Origin: an uncultured delta proteobacterium
Lineage (GTDB): Bacteria > Desulfobacterota > Binatia > DP-6
Direction of reading: 5' to 3'
Assembly: GCA_963815115.1 (NCBI GenBank)
Contig: CAWFFN010000012.1
Span: 832,001 to 896,000, forward strand
DNA: 64,000 nucleotides
The position numbers and the translations under genes were made by a program. Below are positions 43,040 to 53,652 of this stretch, one piece after another (positions within the stretch are counted from its first letter, which is position 1; every line of letters starts with the position of its first letter). Under the pieces are notes generated by a model. That model did no database searches and was not told the DNA's origin. It was given only the letters and a program-made list of their open reading frames with translations.

Positions 43040-43366
43040 ATGCCCATCTACGGTGCCATCGTCGAGTTCCTGCAGGCCACGATCGCCCTCATCGCGATCG
43101 CCAACCCGTTCGCTGCCGGTCTTCCTGTCGCTCGTCGCCACCAGCAACCCGACGGCCAGGCGAACCGCGTGGTGATGGCGGTTGCGGTCGTGGCCGCGGT
43201 CGTCTGGCTGGTGCTGTCCGGATTCCTGCACCGCCGGATCGGCCTCCGGGGGGAGGCCATCGTGGTCCGGTTCATGGGACTGGTGCTGGTCGCCATCGGG
43301 GCGCAGCTGGTCCTGGCCGGGATCGGCGACTTCTTCGGCGCTACCAGCGATCGCCGGGCGGGTTGA
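43040..43366 (+). pseudogene. MarC family membrane protein remnant (internal deletion)
   Basis: N-terminal LIAIANPF and C-terminal RFMGLVLVAIGAQLVLAGI are present, but the ORF is only ~108 aa versus ~200 typical; LPVFLSLV lies out of frame just after ANPF. Confidence 0.7.
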
Positions 43367-43665
43367 TCTCCGGGATGCGACTCATCGGATTGACTTTCCG
43401 CGGACCATGACGGATGGAATGCCGGCTGGCGTAGGCATCACGCACGGAGCGCAGCGAATCGAGAGCGCCCTCGGACGGAAGGCGAAGACGCATGGCCAGA
43501 CCTGACGCGCCGCAGCCGCCCACCTTCTTCGAAGCGGCTCTCCCGGTGGCCAGCCCCGTCCTCCTCGTCGGGCTAGCACCGAATTGACTCTCGCGGATGG
43601 AGACCGTATCGGCGCGCGTGCTGCCAGTGGCCGATGGTTCCACAGACGACTGAAGGAGGACCGGG

Positions 43666-43842
43666 ATGAAGAAGACGACGCTGATGGCGCTGTTCCTCGT
43701 CGCTCTCGCGGGCTGCGCCGCGAAGAAGCAGATGGTCGTGCAGCAGGCGACCGACGAGTGCCTCGCCGCGAAGGATGCAGCCCAGCGGGCGGCGGCCTCG
43801 TGCGAGGCCTGCTGTAACAATCGTCCCGCGATGCGCAAATAG
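43666..43842 (+). CDS. Small lipoprotein (58 aa, Ala-zipper-like, Cys-rich C-terminus)
   Basis: GAAGGAGG RBS; MKKTTLMALFLVALAG-CAAKKQ…AAKDAAQRAAASCEACCNNRPAMRK; below the 60-aa cut-off of the ORF track. Confidence 0.78.
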   Translation: MKKTTLMALFLVALAGCAAKKQMVVQQATDECLAAKDAAQRAAASCEACCNNRPAMRK

Positions 43843-43986
43843 CAGCGCCCTCCACGATGCGCCCGTCCGCCCAGGGTGACGGGCTTCGTCGAGGCGCTGG
43901 GTCACCGAGGGTGTCGGCCACACAATCGGGGTTTCTCCCGCCGCACCGATGACTCGTCGCGCGATCTGCGCCGCGGGCCGACGCCC

Positions 43987-44496
43987 GTGAGCGCGCCCGT
44001 GGCCACACCGGGGCGGTGGGCGCCCGCCGCGGTGACGCGAGGGTGCGCCTTCCTCACGCTCTGGGTGGTGCTCATCGGGGTCGACGCGGGGTCCTTCGTG
44101 GTCGGCCTGCTCGCCGCTGGGGCGGCGGCCTGGGTCAGCCTGCGGTTGCTGCCCCCGGGAAGCATCCCGCTCCGGCCAGCGGCCCTGCCGTCGCTCGCGC
44201 TGCGCTTCGCGTGGAAGTCGGTGGTCGCCGGGTGGGACATCGCGCGGCGCGCACTCGATCCGCGCTTGCCGGTGCGGCCCGGCTTCGTGGTCTATCCGGT
44301 GGGCTTCGCGCGCGGCCCGGTGCGCAACCTCTTCACCACACTGACGAGCTTGCTGCCGGGCAGCGTTCCCGCCGGCGACGACGGCGGCACGCTGCTCTAT
44401 CACTGTCTCGACGTGGAGCAACCGGTGGCCGCGCAGCTCGCCGCAGAGGAAGCGGTGCTGTCCCGGGCGCTCCGCGGATCGCCTGGCGATGACTGA
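43987..44496 (+). CDS. mrpE: Na+/H+ antiporter subunit E
   Basis: LTLWVVL, DIARRALDP..PVRPGFV, SLLPGS, LLYHCLD; start approximate. Confidence 0.85.
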   Translation: MSAPVATPGRWAPAAVTRGCAFLTLWVVLIGVDAGSFVVGLLAAGAAAWVSLRLLPPGSIPLRPAALPSLALRFAWKSVVAGWDIARRALDPRLPVRPGFVVYPVGFARGPVRNLFTTLTSLLPGSVPAGDDGGTLLYHCLDVEQPVAAQLAAEEAVLSRALRGSPGDD

Positions 44497-44770
44497 GTTC
44501 CTGCTCGCCGCTTCGGCCTTCGTCCTCGCCATGGTGGCGCTGGGGTTGATCCGCGTCCTCCGCGGGCCGGACAACGCCGACCGGATGATGGCGGCGCAGC
44601 TGCTGGGCACCGGCGGCATCGCGGCGCTCCTGCTCCTGGGGACGGCGGCCCGCGAGGCGGCCATCGCGGACGTCGCGCTGACGCTGGCGCTGCTCGCGAC
44701 GTTCGCCGCCATCGCGTTCGTCAAGAAGGGGAGCCCCCGGGCGCCGGACGCTCCGGAGAGCGCCGAATGA
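44489..44770 (+). CDS. mrpF: Na+/H+ antiporter subunit F
   Basis: RVLRGPDNADRMMA, DVALTLALLA; 3 TM. Confidence 0.9.
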   Translation: MTEFLLAASAFVLAMVALGLIRVLRGPDNADRMMAAQLLGTGGIAALLLLGTAAREAAIADVALTLALLATFAAIAFVKKGSPRAPDAPESAE

Positions 44771-45060
44771 GCGCCCTGGCCGATCTACTGACCATCGTCG
44801 CCGTCTCCGCCGGGGCGTTCTTCTTCCTCGCGGGCACGGTCGGCTTGCTCCGCTTTCCCGATACGCTCACCCGGCTGCACGCGCTCACCAAGGCGGACAA
44901 TCTCGGCCTCGGCCTGGTGGTGCTCGGCCTGCTGCCGCGGGCTGGCGGTCCGACCAGTGCGCTCAAGCTGGTCTGCGTCTGGCTGCTCGTCCTGCTGGGC
45001 AGCGCCACGGCGTCCCAGCTGATCGCGCGCGCCGTGCGAAGCGACGGACCGTCGGCATGA
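44767..45060 (+). CDS. mrpG: Na+/H+ antiporter subunit G
   Basis: GTVGLLRFPDTLTRLHALTKADNLG. Confidence 0.92.
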   Translation: MSALADLLTIVAVSAGAFFFLAGTVGLLRFPDTLTRLHALTKADNLGLGLVVLGLLPRAGGPTSALKLVCVWLLVLLGSATASQLIARAVRSDGPSA

Positions 45061-46004
45061 CAACGTGGCAGGGGTTCGACGTCGTTCTGGCCGTCCTGGT
45101 CCTGCCGCTCGCCGTCTGGACGATCGCGGCGCGCCAGACTTTCGTGGCGGTCGTGAGCTTCGTCGCCTACGGGCTGCTCCTGGCGCTCATCTGGGTGCGC
45201 GTGTCCGCCCCCGATGTGGCGCTGGCCGTGGCGGCGATCGGCAGCGGCCTCAGCGGCGTGCTGCTGCTCGGCACCGCGGCGCGCCTGCGCGACACCGAGG
45301 AGCAGGCGGAGGCGGAGCGTCCCGGGGCGCTGCTGCGCGTGGGGGCCGCTGCCCTCTCCGCGACGGTGGCAGCGGGGCTCGCCGCCGCCCTGGTGTTCCT
45401 GCCCGAGCCTGCCCCGACGCTCGCGCCGGCCGCGGCCGACAACCTCGCGGCGACCGGCGTCGGCAACCCGGTGACGGCCGTCCTGATGGCGTTTCGCGCG
45501 ATGGACACCCTGCTGGAGAAGATCGTGCTCATGCTCGCGCTGATCGGCGTGTGGTCGCTCGCGCCCGATCGGGTCTGGGGCGGCCGGCCGGGACCGCGTC
45601 ATCAAGCGGATTCGTACGGTGTGCTCGTTTTCCTCGCGCGCCTCCTGCCCCCGGTCGGCGTGGTGGTGGGCCTCTACCTCCTCTGGGTGAGCGCCGACGA
45701 GCCGGGCGGGGCGTTCCAGGGCAGCACGATCCTCGCCGCAATGTGGCTGCTGACCATGCTCGCCGGACTGGCGGATACACCCCCGGTGAGCAGCCGCCGG
45801 CTGCGTCTGGCGCTCATCTCCGGCCCGGCGATCTTCCTCATGGTCGGCCTCGCGGGACTCTGGCTGGGCGACGCGTTCCTCGCCTATCCCGCGGCGTGGG
45901 CCAAGGCGCTCATCGTGATCATCGAGATCGGGATGCTGCTGACGGTTTCGCTGACTCTCGGCCTGCTGGTGGCGGGTCCGCCAGAACGGAGCGCGCGGCA
46001 GTGA
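45057..46004 (+). CDS. mrpB: Na+/H+ antiporter subunit B (DUF4040 + MnhB fusion)
   Basis: APDVALA…IGSG, NPVTAVLMAFRAMDTLLE, PGGAFQG motifs. Confidence 0.88.
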   Translation: MTTWQGFDVVLAVLVLPLAVWTIAARQTFVAVVSFVAYGLLLALIWVRVSAPDVALAVAAIGSGLSGVLLLGTAARLRDTEEQAEAERPGALLRVGAAALSATVAAGLAAALVFLPEPAPTLAPAAADNLAATGVGNPVTAVLMAFRAMDTLLEKIVLMLALIGVWSLAPDRVWGGRPGPRHQADSYGVLVFLARLLPPVGVVVGLYLLWVSADEPGGAFQGSTILAAMWLLTMLAGLADTPPVSSRRLRLALISGPAIFLMVGLAGLWLGDAFLAYPAAWAKALIVIIEIGMLLTVSLTLGLLVAGPPERSARQ

Positions 46005-46342
46005 ATCCGGTGACCGTGTGCTGGCTCTGGGGTGCGGCGGCAGTGGGCCTGGGCCTCTACGGCATGATCGTGAGCCCGCAGCCGCTGCGACGGATCCTCG
46101 CCTTCGATCTGCTCGGCAGCGGCGTGTTCCTCCTCCTCGGCGTAGTTTCCCGCCGCGGCGCCGCGGCGGGATTCGGCGGCGATCCGGTCGGACAGGCGCT
46201 GATCATCACGGGGGTCGTCGTCGCGTTCGCCGCGACGGCGGTCACCTGTGCACTCTGGCTGCGGCTGTTCCAGGAAACGGGCTCGGCCACGCTGCCGGAC
46301 GCCGCGCCGACCGGGGCAGGTGCCGAGGCGACCGACGCCTGA
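46001..46342 (+). CDS. mrpC: Na+/H+ antiporter subunit C
   Basis: GTG overlapping the upstream stop; GLYGMI…LRRILA, DPVGQALIITGVVV. Confidence 0.88.
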   Translation: MNPVTVCWLWGAAAVGLGLYGMIVSPQPLRRILAFDLLGSGVFLLLGVVSRRGAAAGFGGDPVGQALIITGVVVAFAATAVTCALWLRLFQETGSATLPDAAPTGAGAEATDA

Positions 46343-48111
46343 TGCTCGACCCGGCGCCGGCTCTGGAAGCGGTGGCCACGTCGGGCGGCTCGCTGCTCGT
46401 CCTGGCGCTCGTGCTGCCGGTGGCGGCCATGCTGCTCGCCTTCGCGGCAGGTGGGCGTCACGCCGAGCGGATCGCGCTGGCGACGTTGCCGCTCGGCCTC
46501 GTGATCGCGGTGACGATCGTCGCGTCGCTGCTGCGGGCCGGCGGCCCGCTCGTCTATCTGCTCGGCGGATGGGCGCCGCCGCTCGGCCTCGTGCTGCGCG
46601 CCGACTCCCTGGCTGCGGTCATGCTGCTCACGACCGCGGTCGTGATCTGCGCGGTCGGCGCCTTCGCGCGCGCGGAGTTCCACACCCCGGAGGGGACGCC
46701 CGAGGCCCGCGCGCCGCTCGCCTTCTGGCTCTTGCTGCTCGCGGTCTGGGCCGGGCTCGACACCGTGTTCCTGGCCGGGGATCTCTTCACCTTGTACGTC
46801 GCGCTGGAGCTGCTGACCTTCGCAGCGGTCCCGCTGGTCTGCCTGGACGGCCGCGCGCCCACGCTCGCGGCCGCGCTGCGCTACGCGCTCTTCGCGCTCA
46901 TCGGATCGGTTCTCTACCTCGTCGGGACGGTGCTTCTCTATGGCGCGCACGGCGTGCTCGATCTGGTGCTGCTGTCGCATCGGATCCAGGCCGACCCCAC
47001 GACGCTCATCGCCGTCGCGCTGATGACGGTCGGGCTCCTCGCCAAGACCGCGCTCTTTCCCCTGCATCTCTGGCTGCCCCCCGCGCATGCGGGCGCACCT
47101 GCTCCCGCCAGCGCCGTGCTCTCGGCGCTGGTGGTGAAGGGGTCGTTCTTCATCGTCATCCGATTGTGGTTCGGGGTGATGCCGGCGCTCCCGGGTGTCC
47201 CCGCCTGCCAGCTGCTCGCCGCGCTAGGTGCCGCCGCGATCGTGGTCGGCAGCGTGGTGGCGTTGCGCCAGGAACGACTGAAGCTGCTCATCGCGTACTC
47301 GACGCTCGCGCAGATCGGCTATCTGTTCCTGATGTTTCCGCTCGCATACCATGCGACGTCGGGGCGGCTGGAGAGCGGCGGCGCGCTGGCGGGGGGACTC
47401 CTGCAGGCGATCTCGCACGCCACGGCGAAGGCCGCGATGTTCATGGCGGCGGGACTGGTGTACGCGGCGCTGGGTCATGATCGCATCGCGGGCCTCGGTG
47501 GCATCGCCCGGGCGCTGCCGATGACCGTCCTGGCCTTCGCGGTGGGCGGAGCGTCGCTGGTCGGCATGCCTCCCAGCGGCGCCTACCTGGCAAAGGAGCT
47601 GTTGCTCGGAGCGGCGGCGGAGACCCATCAGTGGTGGTGGGCCGTCGTGCTCCAGGCGGGGGGCTGGTTCACCAGCGGCTACCTCGTCCTGGTGCTCGCG
47701 CATGCGCTCGGACCGGGGACGGGGCCGGTGACGCCGCGCGCGCCCGTCGCGCGCAGTCGGCAGGCGGTCGCTCTCGCGCTCGCGCTGTGCTCGTTGACGC
47801 TCGGACTCCTGCCCTGGAGGGGGCTGCTCCCGATCGCTCCCGGCGCGCAGTCGAATCCGCTCGCGCTGGCGGCGTTCGCGAAGACCCTGTGGCCGATCCT
47901 GGGTGGGGCCGCGCTGGCCATCCTGCTCGGGCGCTGGGGGCGCCCGCTCCCGCGTCCGGTGACGTCGGCCGGTCCCGTCCGACGCGCGGCCCTCGCCGCG
48001 AGCCGGGCCCTCGAGCGGATCGACGGCCAGCTACAGCGCTGGCCGGTAGCCGGCATGTCCCTCCTGGCGCTGGCGGTCGCGTTCGGGGTGGCCATGCTGG
48101 CCGTCCGATGA
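46342..48111 (+). CDS. mrpD: Na+/H+ antiporter subunit D (complex I NuoL/M/N family)
   Basis: LGGWAPPLGL, GDLFTLYVALEL, KTALFPLHLWLPPAH, LSALVVK, LIAYSTLAQIGY, HATAKAAMF. Confidence 0.9.
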   Translation: MLDPAPALEAVATSGGSLLVLALVLPVAAMLLAFAAGGRHAERIALATLPLGLVIAVTIVASLLRAGGPLVYLLGGWAPPLGLVLRADSLAAVMLLTTAVVICAVGAFARAEFHTPEGTPEARAPLAFWLLLLAVWAGLDTVFLAGDLFTLYVALELLTFAAVPLVCLDGRAPTLAAALRYALFALIGSVLYLVGTVLLYGAHGVLDLVLLSHRIQADPTTLIAVALMTVGLLAKTALFPLHLWLPPAHAGAPAPASAVLSALVVKGSFFIVIRLWFGVMPALPGVPACQLLAALGAAAIVVGSVVALRQERLKLLIAYSTLAQIGYLFLMFPLAYHATSGRLESGGALAGGLLQAISHATAKAAMFMAAGLVYAALGHDRIAGLGGIARALPMTVLAFAVGGASLVGMPPSGAYLAKELLLGAAAETHQWWWAVVLQAGGWFTSGYLVLVLAHALGPGTGPVTPRAPVARSRQAVALALALCSLTLGLLPWRGLLPIAPGAQSNPLALAAFAKTLWPILGGAALAILLGRWGRPLPRPVTSAGPVRRAALAASRALERIDGQLQRWPVAGMSLLALAVAFGVAMLAVR

Positions 48112-48215
48112 TGAACGACATGAGGAACGTCGAGTACCGACCCAGTGCAGCGGAGTGAACGGGTAGAGCCGGGAAGTTCCCCACGCGCGATGTGTGCGGG
48201 TGGAGGACACGTCGC

Positions 48216-49469
48216 TCAGGGTAGTCCCGGCGCGGCAGCACCTTCGTCCCGCGAAGGTTCCGTCGATGAACCCCGCAGATCGTGTGCCAGCGGCGAGGAC
48301 TGCGGCGTCACGATGTCGAATGATCGTGCCTCGTGTGCGGGTGGCGCCACGCGCGTGATCCGGGACCACGCCAGCGTGGCGAGCACGAGCGCCGTGACGG
48401 CGAGAAAGTAGAGGACGCCGTTGATGCCGAAGCCCGCCATGATCCAGGTGCCGAGCAGGGGACCGATCACCGAGCCGATACCGCTCACCAGGATGAGCCT
48501 GCCGCTCACCGCAACGACGCGGTCGGCGGGCATGGAATCGTGCGCGTGGGCGACGCACACCGGGTAGAGCGTCGAGAGGAATCCACCGAGCAGGGCGGCA
48601 ACCGTCAGGACGACGGGCATGCCGTGCGGCAGGAGGACGAGAGCGACGGCCGCGACTGCAAAGCCGAGAGCCAGCGCGGCCAGGACCCGGCGCCGGTCGG
48701 TGCGGTCCGACCACCAGCCGACCGGGATCTGGAACGCCAACCCCCCGACCACGGCCGCGAACATGAACAGCGCGATCGTCGAGCGCTCGATCGCCTCGCC
48801 CTGCGCCCATGCCGGGAGGAGCGAGTAGAAGGTGCCGCTCATCATGCCGCTCAGCGCGCAGCCGGCGACCGCGATCGGCGCCGCGCGCGCGAGCTGGCTC
48901 ATCGGGAGCGTCGGGCCCGCGATGATCTGTGGAGCCTCGGCCCGCGTCGTGCTGACCATCACGAGCGCGAGGGCGAACAGCGCGACGATCGCGTTGAACG
49001 GTCGGGCCGAGGCGACGTCCGCCTTCGCGATGAGTAGCTGCCCGGCGGCGAGCGCGGCGAACGTGCCGACCATGTAGATCGCGAAGACCCGCCCGCGCTG
49101 GCTGGCCGGGGCCTTCGCGTTCAGCCAGCTCTCGGTCGTGATGAAGAGCCCGGCGCAACCGAACCCGACCACGGCGCGCAGCACCAGCCAGGCGATCGGG
49201 CCGACCCAGAGCGGCATGACCGCGGTTGCGGCCGCCACCAGGCCGGCGAACGCCGCGTAGGCACGGATGTGCCCGACGCGCTCGATGATCCGTCCACAGC
49301 CCACCGCGGCCAGCGTGAACCCGGCGAAGTAGCTGCTCAGCACCACACCGGCGAGGGTCGAGCCGAAGTCCTCGATCGCCACCCGCAAGGAGATGAGCGT
49401 TCCGAAGAAGCCGTTGGCGAGCTGGACGAGACTGGTCGCCAGAATGAGCGTGCCGATCGCAGCGCGCAT
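48216..49469 (-). CDS. MFS transporter (YcaD-like)
   Basis: 12 TM; RVGHIRAY, ESWLN…RGRVF, GWWSDRTDRR, LYPVCVAHAHD. Alternative GTG start at 49478. Confidence 0.9.
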   Translation of the reverse strand: MRAAIGTLILATSLVQLANGFFGTLISLRVAIEDFGSTLAGVVLSSYFAGFTLAAVGCGRIIERVGHIRAYAAFAGLVAAATAVMPLWVGPIAWLVLRAVVGFGCAGLFITTESWLNAKAPASQRGRVFAIYMVGTFAALAAGQLLIAKADVASARPFNAIVALFALALVMVSTTRAEAPQIIAGPTLPMSQLARAAPIAVAGCALSGMMSGTFYSLLPAWAQGEAIERSTIALFMFAAVVGGLAFQIPVGWWSDRTDRRRVLAALALGFAVAAVALVLLPHGMPVVLTVAALLGGFLSTLYPVCVAHAHDSMPADRVVAVSGRLILVSGIGSVIGPLLGTWIMAGFGINGVLYFLAVTALVLATLAWSRITRVAPPAHEARSFDIVTPQSSPLAHDLRGSSTEPSRDEGAAAPGLP

Positions 49470-49617
49470 GGACGTCACCGTTTCCGCGCCGTGAGGACAG
49501 GCATGCAGGGCGGCACGAGCCGATCGTCAGTGAGCCGGATAGACCGGGCTGCCTTCTTGGATCGCTCGGCCCTGGCCCGCGTGGTGAGCTCGCCGCCGGA
49601 CCGCGGTCCGACGCTCC

Positions 49618-50055
49618 TTAGGGGGTGAACTGGACGCCGATGACGTCGTCGCTCCAGAGCTTCCAGGCGCGGGCGAATTCGTCCCGGTGGAACAGCACGA
49701 CGCTGTCGGTGACGTTGCTCTGGAAGCCAGTGCTGCCGGGAGGCGCCATGGTCTTCATCTTGACGCGGGCGAAGGCGAACTCGTTGTCGTGGCCGATGTA
49801 CTGGTAGTCGACCAGTGTCACCTTGATGTCGCCCTCGCGGAACTGGTCCGACAGGATCGCCTTGGTCGCCTCGAACCCGGGTGATTGGGGGTGCAGCGTG
49901 CGCAGGAACGCATCGGTGTCCCTGGCATCGTAGGCGCGTACGTTCTCCTCGACGACCCCCCGCAGAGCCGTGCCGAGCTTGTCGTCGGCCGCACGGGCCG
50001 TGACCGCGAGGCCGAGGAGTGTCGCCAGCACCACGCCTGCTCGAGACGTCATCAT
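49618..50055 (-). CDS. Secreted NTF2-like/SnoaL-like protein
   Basis: GAGGAGG RBS, signal peptide (…TARA-AD), helix-then-strand pattern ending WKLW. Confidence 0.6.
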   Translation of the reverse strand: MMTSRAGVVLATLLGLAVTARAADDKLGTALRGVVEENVRAYDARDTDAFLRTLHPQSPGFEATKAILSDQFREGDIKVTLVDYQYIGHDNEFAFARVKMKTMAPPGSTGFQSNVTDSVVLFHRDEFARAWKLWSDDVIGVQFTP

Positions 50056-50075
50056 CGTCGCCCTCCTCGAGCCGA

Positions 50076-50468
50076 TCATGAAAGCACCTGGTGGCCGCGG
50101 TTCCGCATGCACTGGTTGAAGGCGCGCTGGAAGGCGGAGTTCGTTTGCGTGCCCCGGATGGCTCCTCCACCGATCCCGCCGGCCGCCGCGCCGATCATGG
50201 CCCCGCGTCCGGCACTGCCGGAAGCCGCCCCGATCGCCGCGCCTGCTGCAGCCCCGAGCAGGCCACCCCCGACGGCACCCTGCGCGGTCTGCCCCGTCGT
50301 GGATCCCGATACCTGCATCGCGAGCTGGCGGCACTCCTGCTGGTCACGGGTGACGAACTGCGCCCGCGAGCTGCCGTAGGTATCGACCGTGGGTGTCCAT
50401 TGCGTCTGGCTCACACAACCCGACAGCGCTGTCGCGCACAATCCGAGCATCAGAGCGATCTTCCTCAT
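50076..50468 (-). CDS. Glycine-zipper lipoprotein
   Basis: Lipobox LSGC; GAVGGGLLGAAAGAAIGA…GAMIGAAAGGIGG; CMRNRGHQV; GGAGG RBS. Confidence 0.85.
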   Translation of the reverse strand: MRKIALMLGLCATALSGCVSQTQWTPTVDTYGSSRAQFVTRDQQECRQLAMQVSGSTTGQTAQGAVGGGLLGAAAGAAIGAASGSAGRGAMIGAAAGGIGGGAIRGTQTNSAFQRAFNQCMRNRGHQVLS

Positions 50469-50829
50469 TGACCAGCCTCCATGATGCCGATGGTGAGAAC
50501 CGAACCCGCGGCCGACGCGCAATCCGCTCTCCGGCGCCGCGGGCGCGCCTACATAATCGGGCCTGACCGGGCGGGTCAAGCAAGGCGTGCAGCTCCTGCT
50601 TCCGTGTATCCAATCGGATGCGGGTAGCCGGTGAATACGGTTCCACGAGCTGTACCCCGCCGAGCATCGGACGGCGGCTCGGCGATGGTGTCCGCTCAAC
50701 GTCGCCTGGACAAGGGACCCCCGAGTGGCCTCGCGCGCCGGACCTCGTTGACATGAGCGACGCCACGGGCTCAGAGTGCGGGCCCTGCCGCCGATCCCGG
50801 CGGCAGGCACTCAAACTCGGAGGTGGTGG

Positions 50830-51267
50830 ATGCGTAAACTGGCACTCGGTCTCGTGGTCGCAGCAACGTTGAGCATGCCGCTGTCGACGGCTCTGGCGAA
50901 GGGGAAGGCTCCCGATGCCACACTTCAGCTCAACCAGGGGTCGGTCGCGGTAGGGATCGGCTTCAGCTGGGGCGGTGGGACGCTCACGTACCGCGGCAAG
51001 CGGTACCCGGTGGACGTCGACGGTCTGACGGTCGGGTCGGTGGGCGTCTCCAAAGCGACCGCGTCGGGTAGCGTCTACAACCTGAAGAAGCTCGAGGACT
51101 TCAATGGCACCTACACCGCGGTCGGCGCGGGTGCCACCGTCGCGGGCGGCGGCAGCGTCGCGACGATGCGGAACCAGAACGGCGTGCGGGTCACGCTCAG
51201 GTCGACCAGCCGGGGCCTCAAGTTCACGCTCGGCGCCTCCGGCGTGAGCATGAACATCAAGCAGTAG
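50830..51267 (+). CDS. Secreted beta-rich protein (DUF1134/EipA-like)
   Basis: Signal peptide; GIGFSWGGGTLTYRG, GSVYNL..LEDFNGTY, MRNQNGV; GGAGG RBS. Confidence 0.7.
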   Translation: MRKLALGLVVAATLSMPLSTALAKGKAPDATLQLNQGSVAVGIGFSWGGGTLTYRGKRYPVDVDGLTVGSVGVSKATASGSVYNLKKLEDFNGTYTAVGAGATVAGGGSVATMRNQNGVRVTLRSTSRGLKFTLGASGVSMNIKQ

Positions 51268-51455
51268 CGCGGAGAGCGCGGACCCGTTCTCCGCCGCCGA
51301 GTCGTTTCATCCCGGCGGGCGTGACCGGCGCCCGCACCCTGTGCCGGTTCAGCGGCAGGTGCGGGCGCGTACGGGGCTCGATCTGCGGGCGTGACCGGAG
51401 CGGCGCAGCCCGTTCTTGTTGACCGCCTCGCAGGGTTCATGGAAGGAGTCCTGCG

Positions 51456-51866
51456 ATGAAGAACGTCGCGTCGCTCGCCGCCGCTGTCGCGATCGTCACC
51501 GCACTGCTTCCGGGCGCCATCACGGAGGCGCGCACCGGGCCACGTCTCCACATGCTCCGTCTGGACGGTTACGTCGGCGACCCGCCGGCGGGACGGCGCG
51601 AGCGAGCGGATCTGCGGATACGGGCCGGGAAGAAGGACATGCGCTTCCAGGTCACCGCAGCGACCGTGACGTCCGGCGACATCACGCCGTCCACCATCTT
51701 CAACCGTGTACGGCCGTATCGGCCGAACTTCATCCTGCGCGGCAAGCGGGAGCTGATCCAGCGGATAGAGAACGCGGCGCCCGGTGATCGGTTCCGCATC
51801 GTGGGCGGATGGCGCTCGGGGTCGCGCGACCTCATGGTGTCGTCGGTCGAGCCGGCGAAGCCGTGA
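51456..51866 (+). CDS. Hypothetical secreted protein
   Basis: AAGGAG RBS, signal peptide (…AITEA), basic mature region. Confidence 0.65.
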   Translation: MKNVASLAAAVAIVTALLPGAITEARTGPRLHMLRLDGYVGDPPAGRRERADLRIRAGKKDMRFQVTAATVTSGDITPSTIFNRVRPYRPNFILRGKRELIQRIENAAPGDRFRIVGGWRSGSRDLMVSSVEPAKP

Positions 51867-51879
51867 TCGGTCGCCGCCG

Positions 51880-53652
51880 TCAGCCGGCGGCGGCGCACGG
51901 GGTGCCGGACGGCGCGCCCTGCAGGGTCATGACGTCGCCGTGCGGGACGAGGACGAGATGGCGGTCGTGGTACGCCGCCACGCCCGGACGGTGGGCGATG
52001 CTGACGATCGTCGTGTCCGGAAGCTGCCGCCCGAGCTCGCGGTAGACGTGCGCCTCGGTCGGCTCGTCGAGCGCCGAGGTTGCCTCGTCGAGGAACAGCC
52101 AGGATGGGGCGCGAAGAAAGGCGCGTGCCAGCGCGAGGAGCTGCTGCTCGCCCGGCGAAAGCACCTGCGCCCAGTGCTGCTCCTCGTCGAGCCGCTCGAC
52201 GAGCTTGTGCAGGCGGCACCGCCGGAGCGCCGCCGCGATCGCCGCGTCGCCGACGCTGGCGGGATCGGAGGGATAGGCGACCGCGCGCCGCAGCGATCCG
52301 ATCGGCAGATAGGGCCGCTGCGGCAGGAACAGCATGTCGGCCGAATCCGGCCGGCGAATCTCCCCGCCGCCGTATGGCCAGAGCCCGGCGATCGCGCGGA
52401 AGAGCGTACTCTTGCCGCTCCCCGAGGGGCCGGCCAGGAGCACGCGCTCGCCGCGGCGGATCACCGCGCTCAGGTCGCGCAACAATGGCGCGCCGGCCGG
52501 CAGGGTGACGTCGACTCCGGCCAGGGCGATCTCGTCGGGGCACCTCTGGATCGTCCGGATGCCCCCGCCTCGATGCGCGTCGGCAGCGGCGACGCGCGTG
52601 CTGTCGGCGAAGGCCAGCACGCGCGCAACGCTCGCCTTCCACTCGGCGAGCTGGCCGTAGCTGTCGACGAACCAGCTGAGCGCGTCCTGGACGCGCCCGA
52701 AGGCGGAGGCGATCTGCATGAGCTCGCCGAGCTGGATGGCGCCCGCGAAGTAGCGCGGCGCCGCCACCAGGATGGGAAAGACGCTCGCCGCCTGGCCGTA
52801 TCCCGTCGTGAACCAGGTGAGGCGTTTCTGTGCGCGAAGGAGCGCCCACCAGTTGTCGACGATCGCCGCGAAGCGAGTGCCGAGCCCGCGCTGCTCGAGC
52901 GGCTCGCCGCGATAGAGCGCCACCTCCTCCGCGGTCTCCCGCAGGCGAACCAGGCCGAAGCGAAAATCCGCCTCGCGTCGCTGCTGGCTCGCGTGCAGGC
53001 GGACGAGCGGACGGCCGATGTAGTGGGTGAGGACGCTGCCAGCGACCGCGTACACGACGGCGGCCCAGACCAGGTAGGCGGGAATCGTCAGCGCGTGAGC
53101 GCCGAGCGGGATCGTGAGCGGTCCCGAGAGGCTCCACAGGATGCCGACGAACGAGCCCAGCGTGACGACGGCGTTGAGCAGGCCGGTGGCGAGTGCGAGC
53201 GTGCCGCCGGCCAGCGCCCGCAGATCCTCGGCGATGCGCTGGTCCGGGTTGTCCGTCTCGCGGGCCGTGCGCTCGAGGCGGTAGTAGGCGCCGCGGTCGA
53301 GCCAGGCGTGCAGGAAGTGGTGCGTCAGCCACCGCCGCCACCGCATCTCCAGGACCTGCGTCAGGTACTGGCGGTAGACGGCCGAGACGATGAAGGCGGC
53401 CGCGAGGAGACAGAAGCGCCCGAGCTGCGCCGCGAAGGTGGCGGCGTCGCGCTGCTGGAGGGCATCGTAGAAGCTCCGGTTCCAGGCGTTCAGCAGGACC
53501 AGGACGTAGACCGCGCCGAGGTTGAGGACGACGATCGCCGCCAGCAGCCCCAGTGCCCCCCAGCGCTCGTCGGACCGCCAGTACGGCAGCAGCAGCCGCC
53601 AGGCTTCGCGGGCAAAGGGGCGCGCGTACGGGGGCCGCGGCTCGGTCTCCAT
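51880..53652 (-). CDS. ABC transporter fused permease/ATPase (YddA/Rv1819c-like ABCD-type)
   Basis: [15 protein letters not shown], Walker [32 protein letters not shown]. Confidence 0.92.
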   Translation of the reverse strand: METEPRPPYARPFAREAWRLLLPYWRSDERWGALGLLAAIVVLNLGAVYVLVLLNAWNRSFYDALQQRDAATFAAQLGRFCLLAAAFIVSAVYRQYLTQVLEMRWRRWLTHHFLHAWLDRGAYYRLERTARETDNPDQRIAEDLRALAGGTLALATGLLNAVVTLGSFVGILWSLSGPLTIPLGAHALTIPAYLVWAAVVYAVAGSVLTHYIGRPLVRLHASQQRREADFRFGLVRLRETAEEVALYRGEPLEQRGLGTRFAAIVDNWWALLRAQKRLTWFTTGYGQAASVFPILVAAPRYFAGAIQLGELMQIASAFGRVQDALSWFVDSYGQLAEWKASVARVLAFADSTRVAAADAHRGGGIRTIQRCPDEIALAGVDVTLPAGAPLLRDLSAVIRRGERVLLAGPSGSGKSTLFRAIAGLWPYGGGEIRRPDSADMLFLPQRPYLPIGSLRRAVAYPSDPASVGDAAIAAALRRCRLHKLVERLDEEQHWAQVLSPGEQQLLALARAFLRAPSWLFLDEATSALDEPTEAHVYRELGRQLPDTTIVSIAHRPGVAAYHDRHLVLVPHGDVMTLQGAPSGTPCAAAG

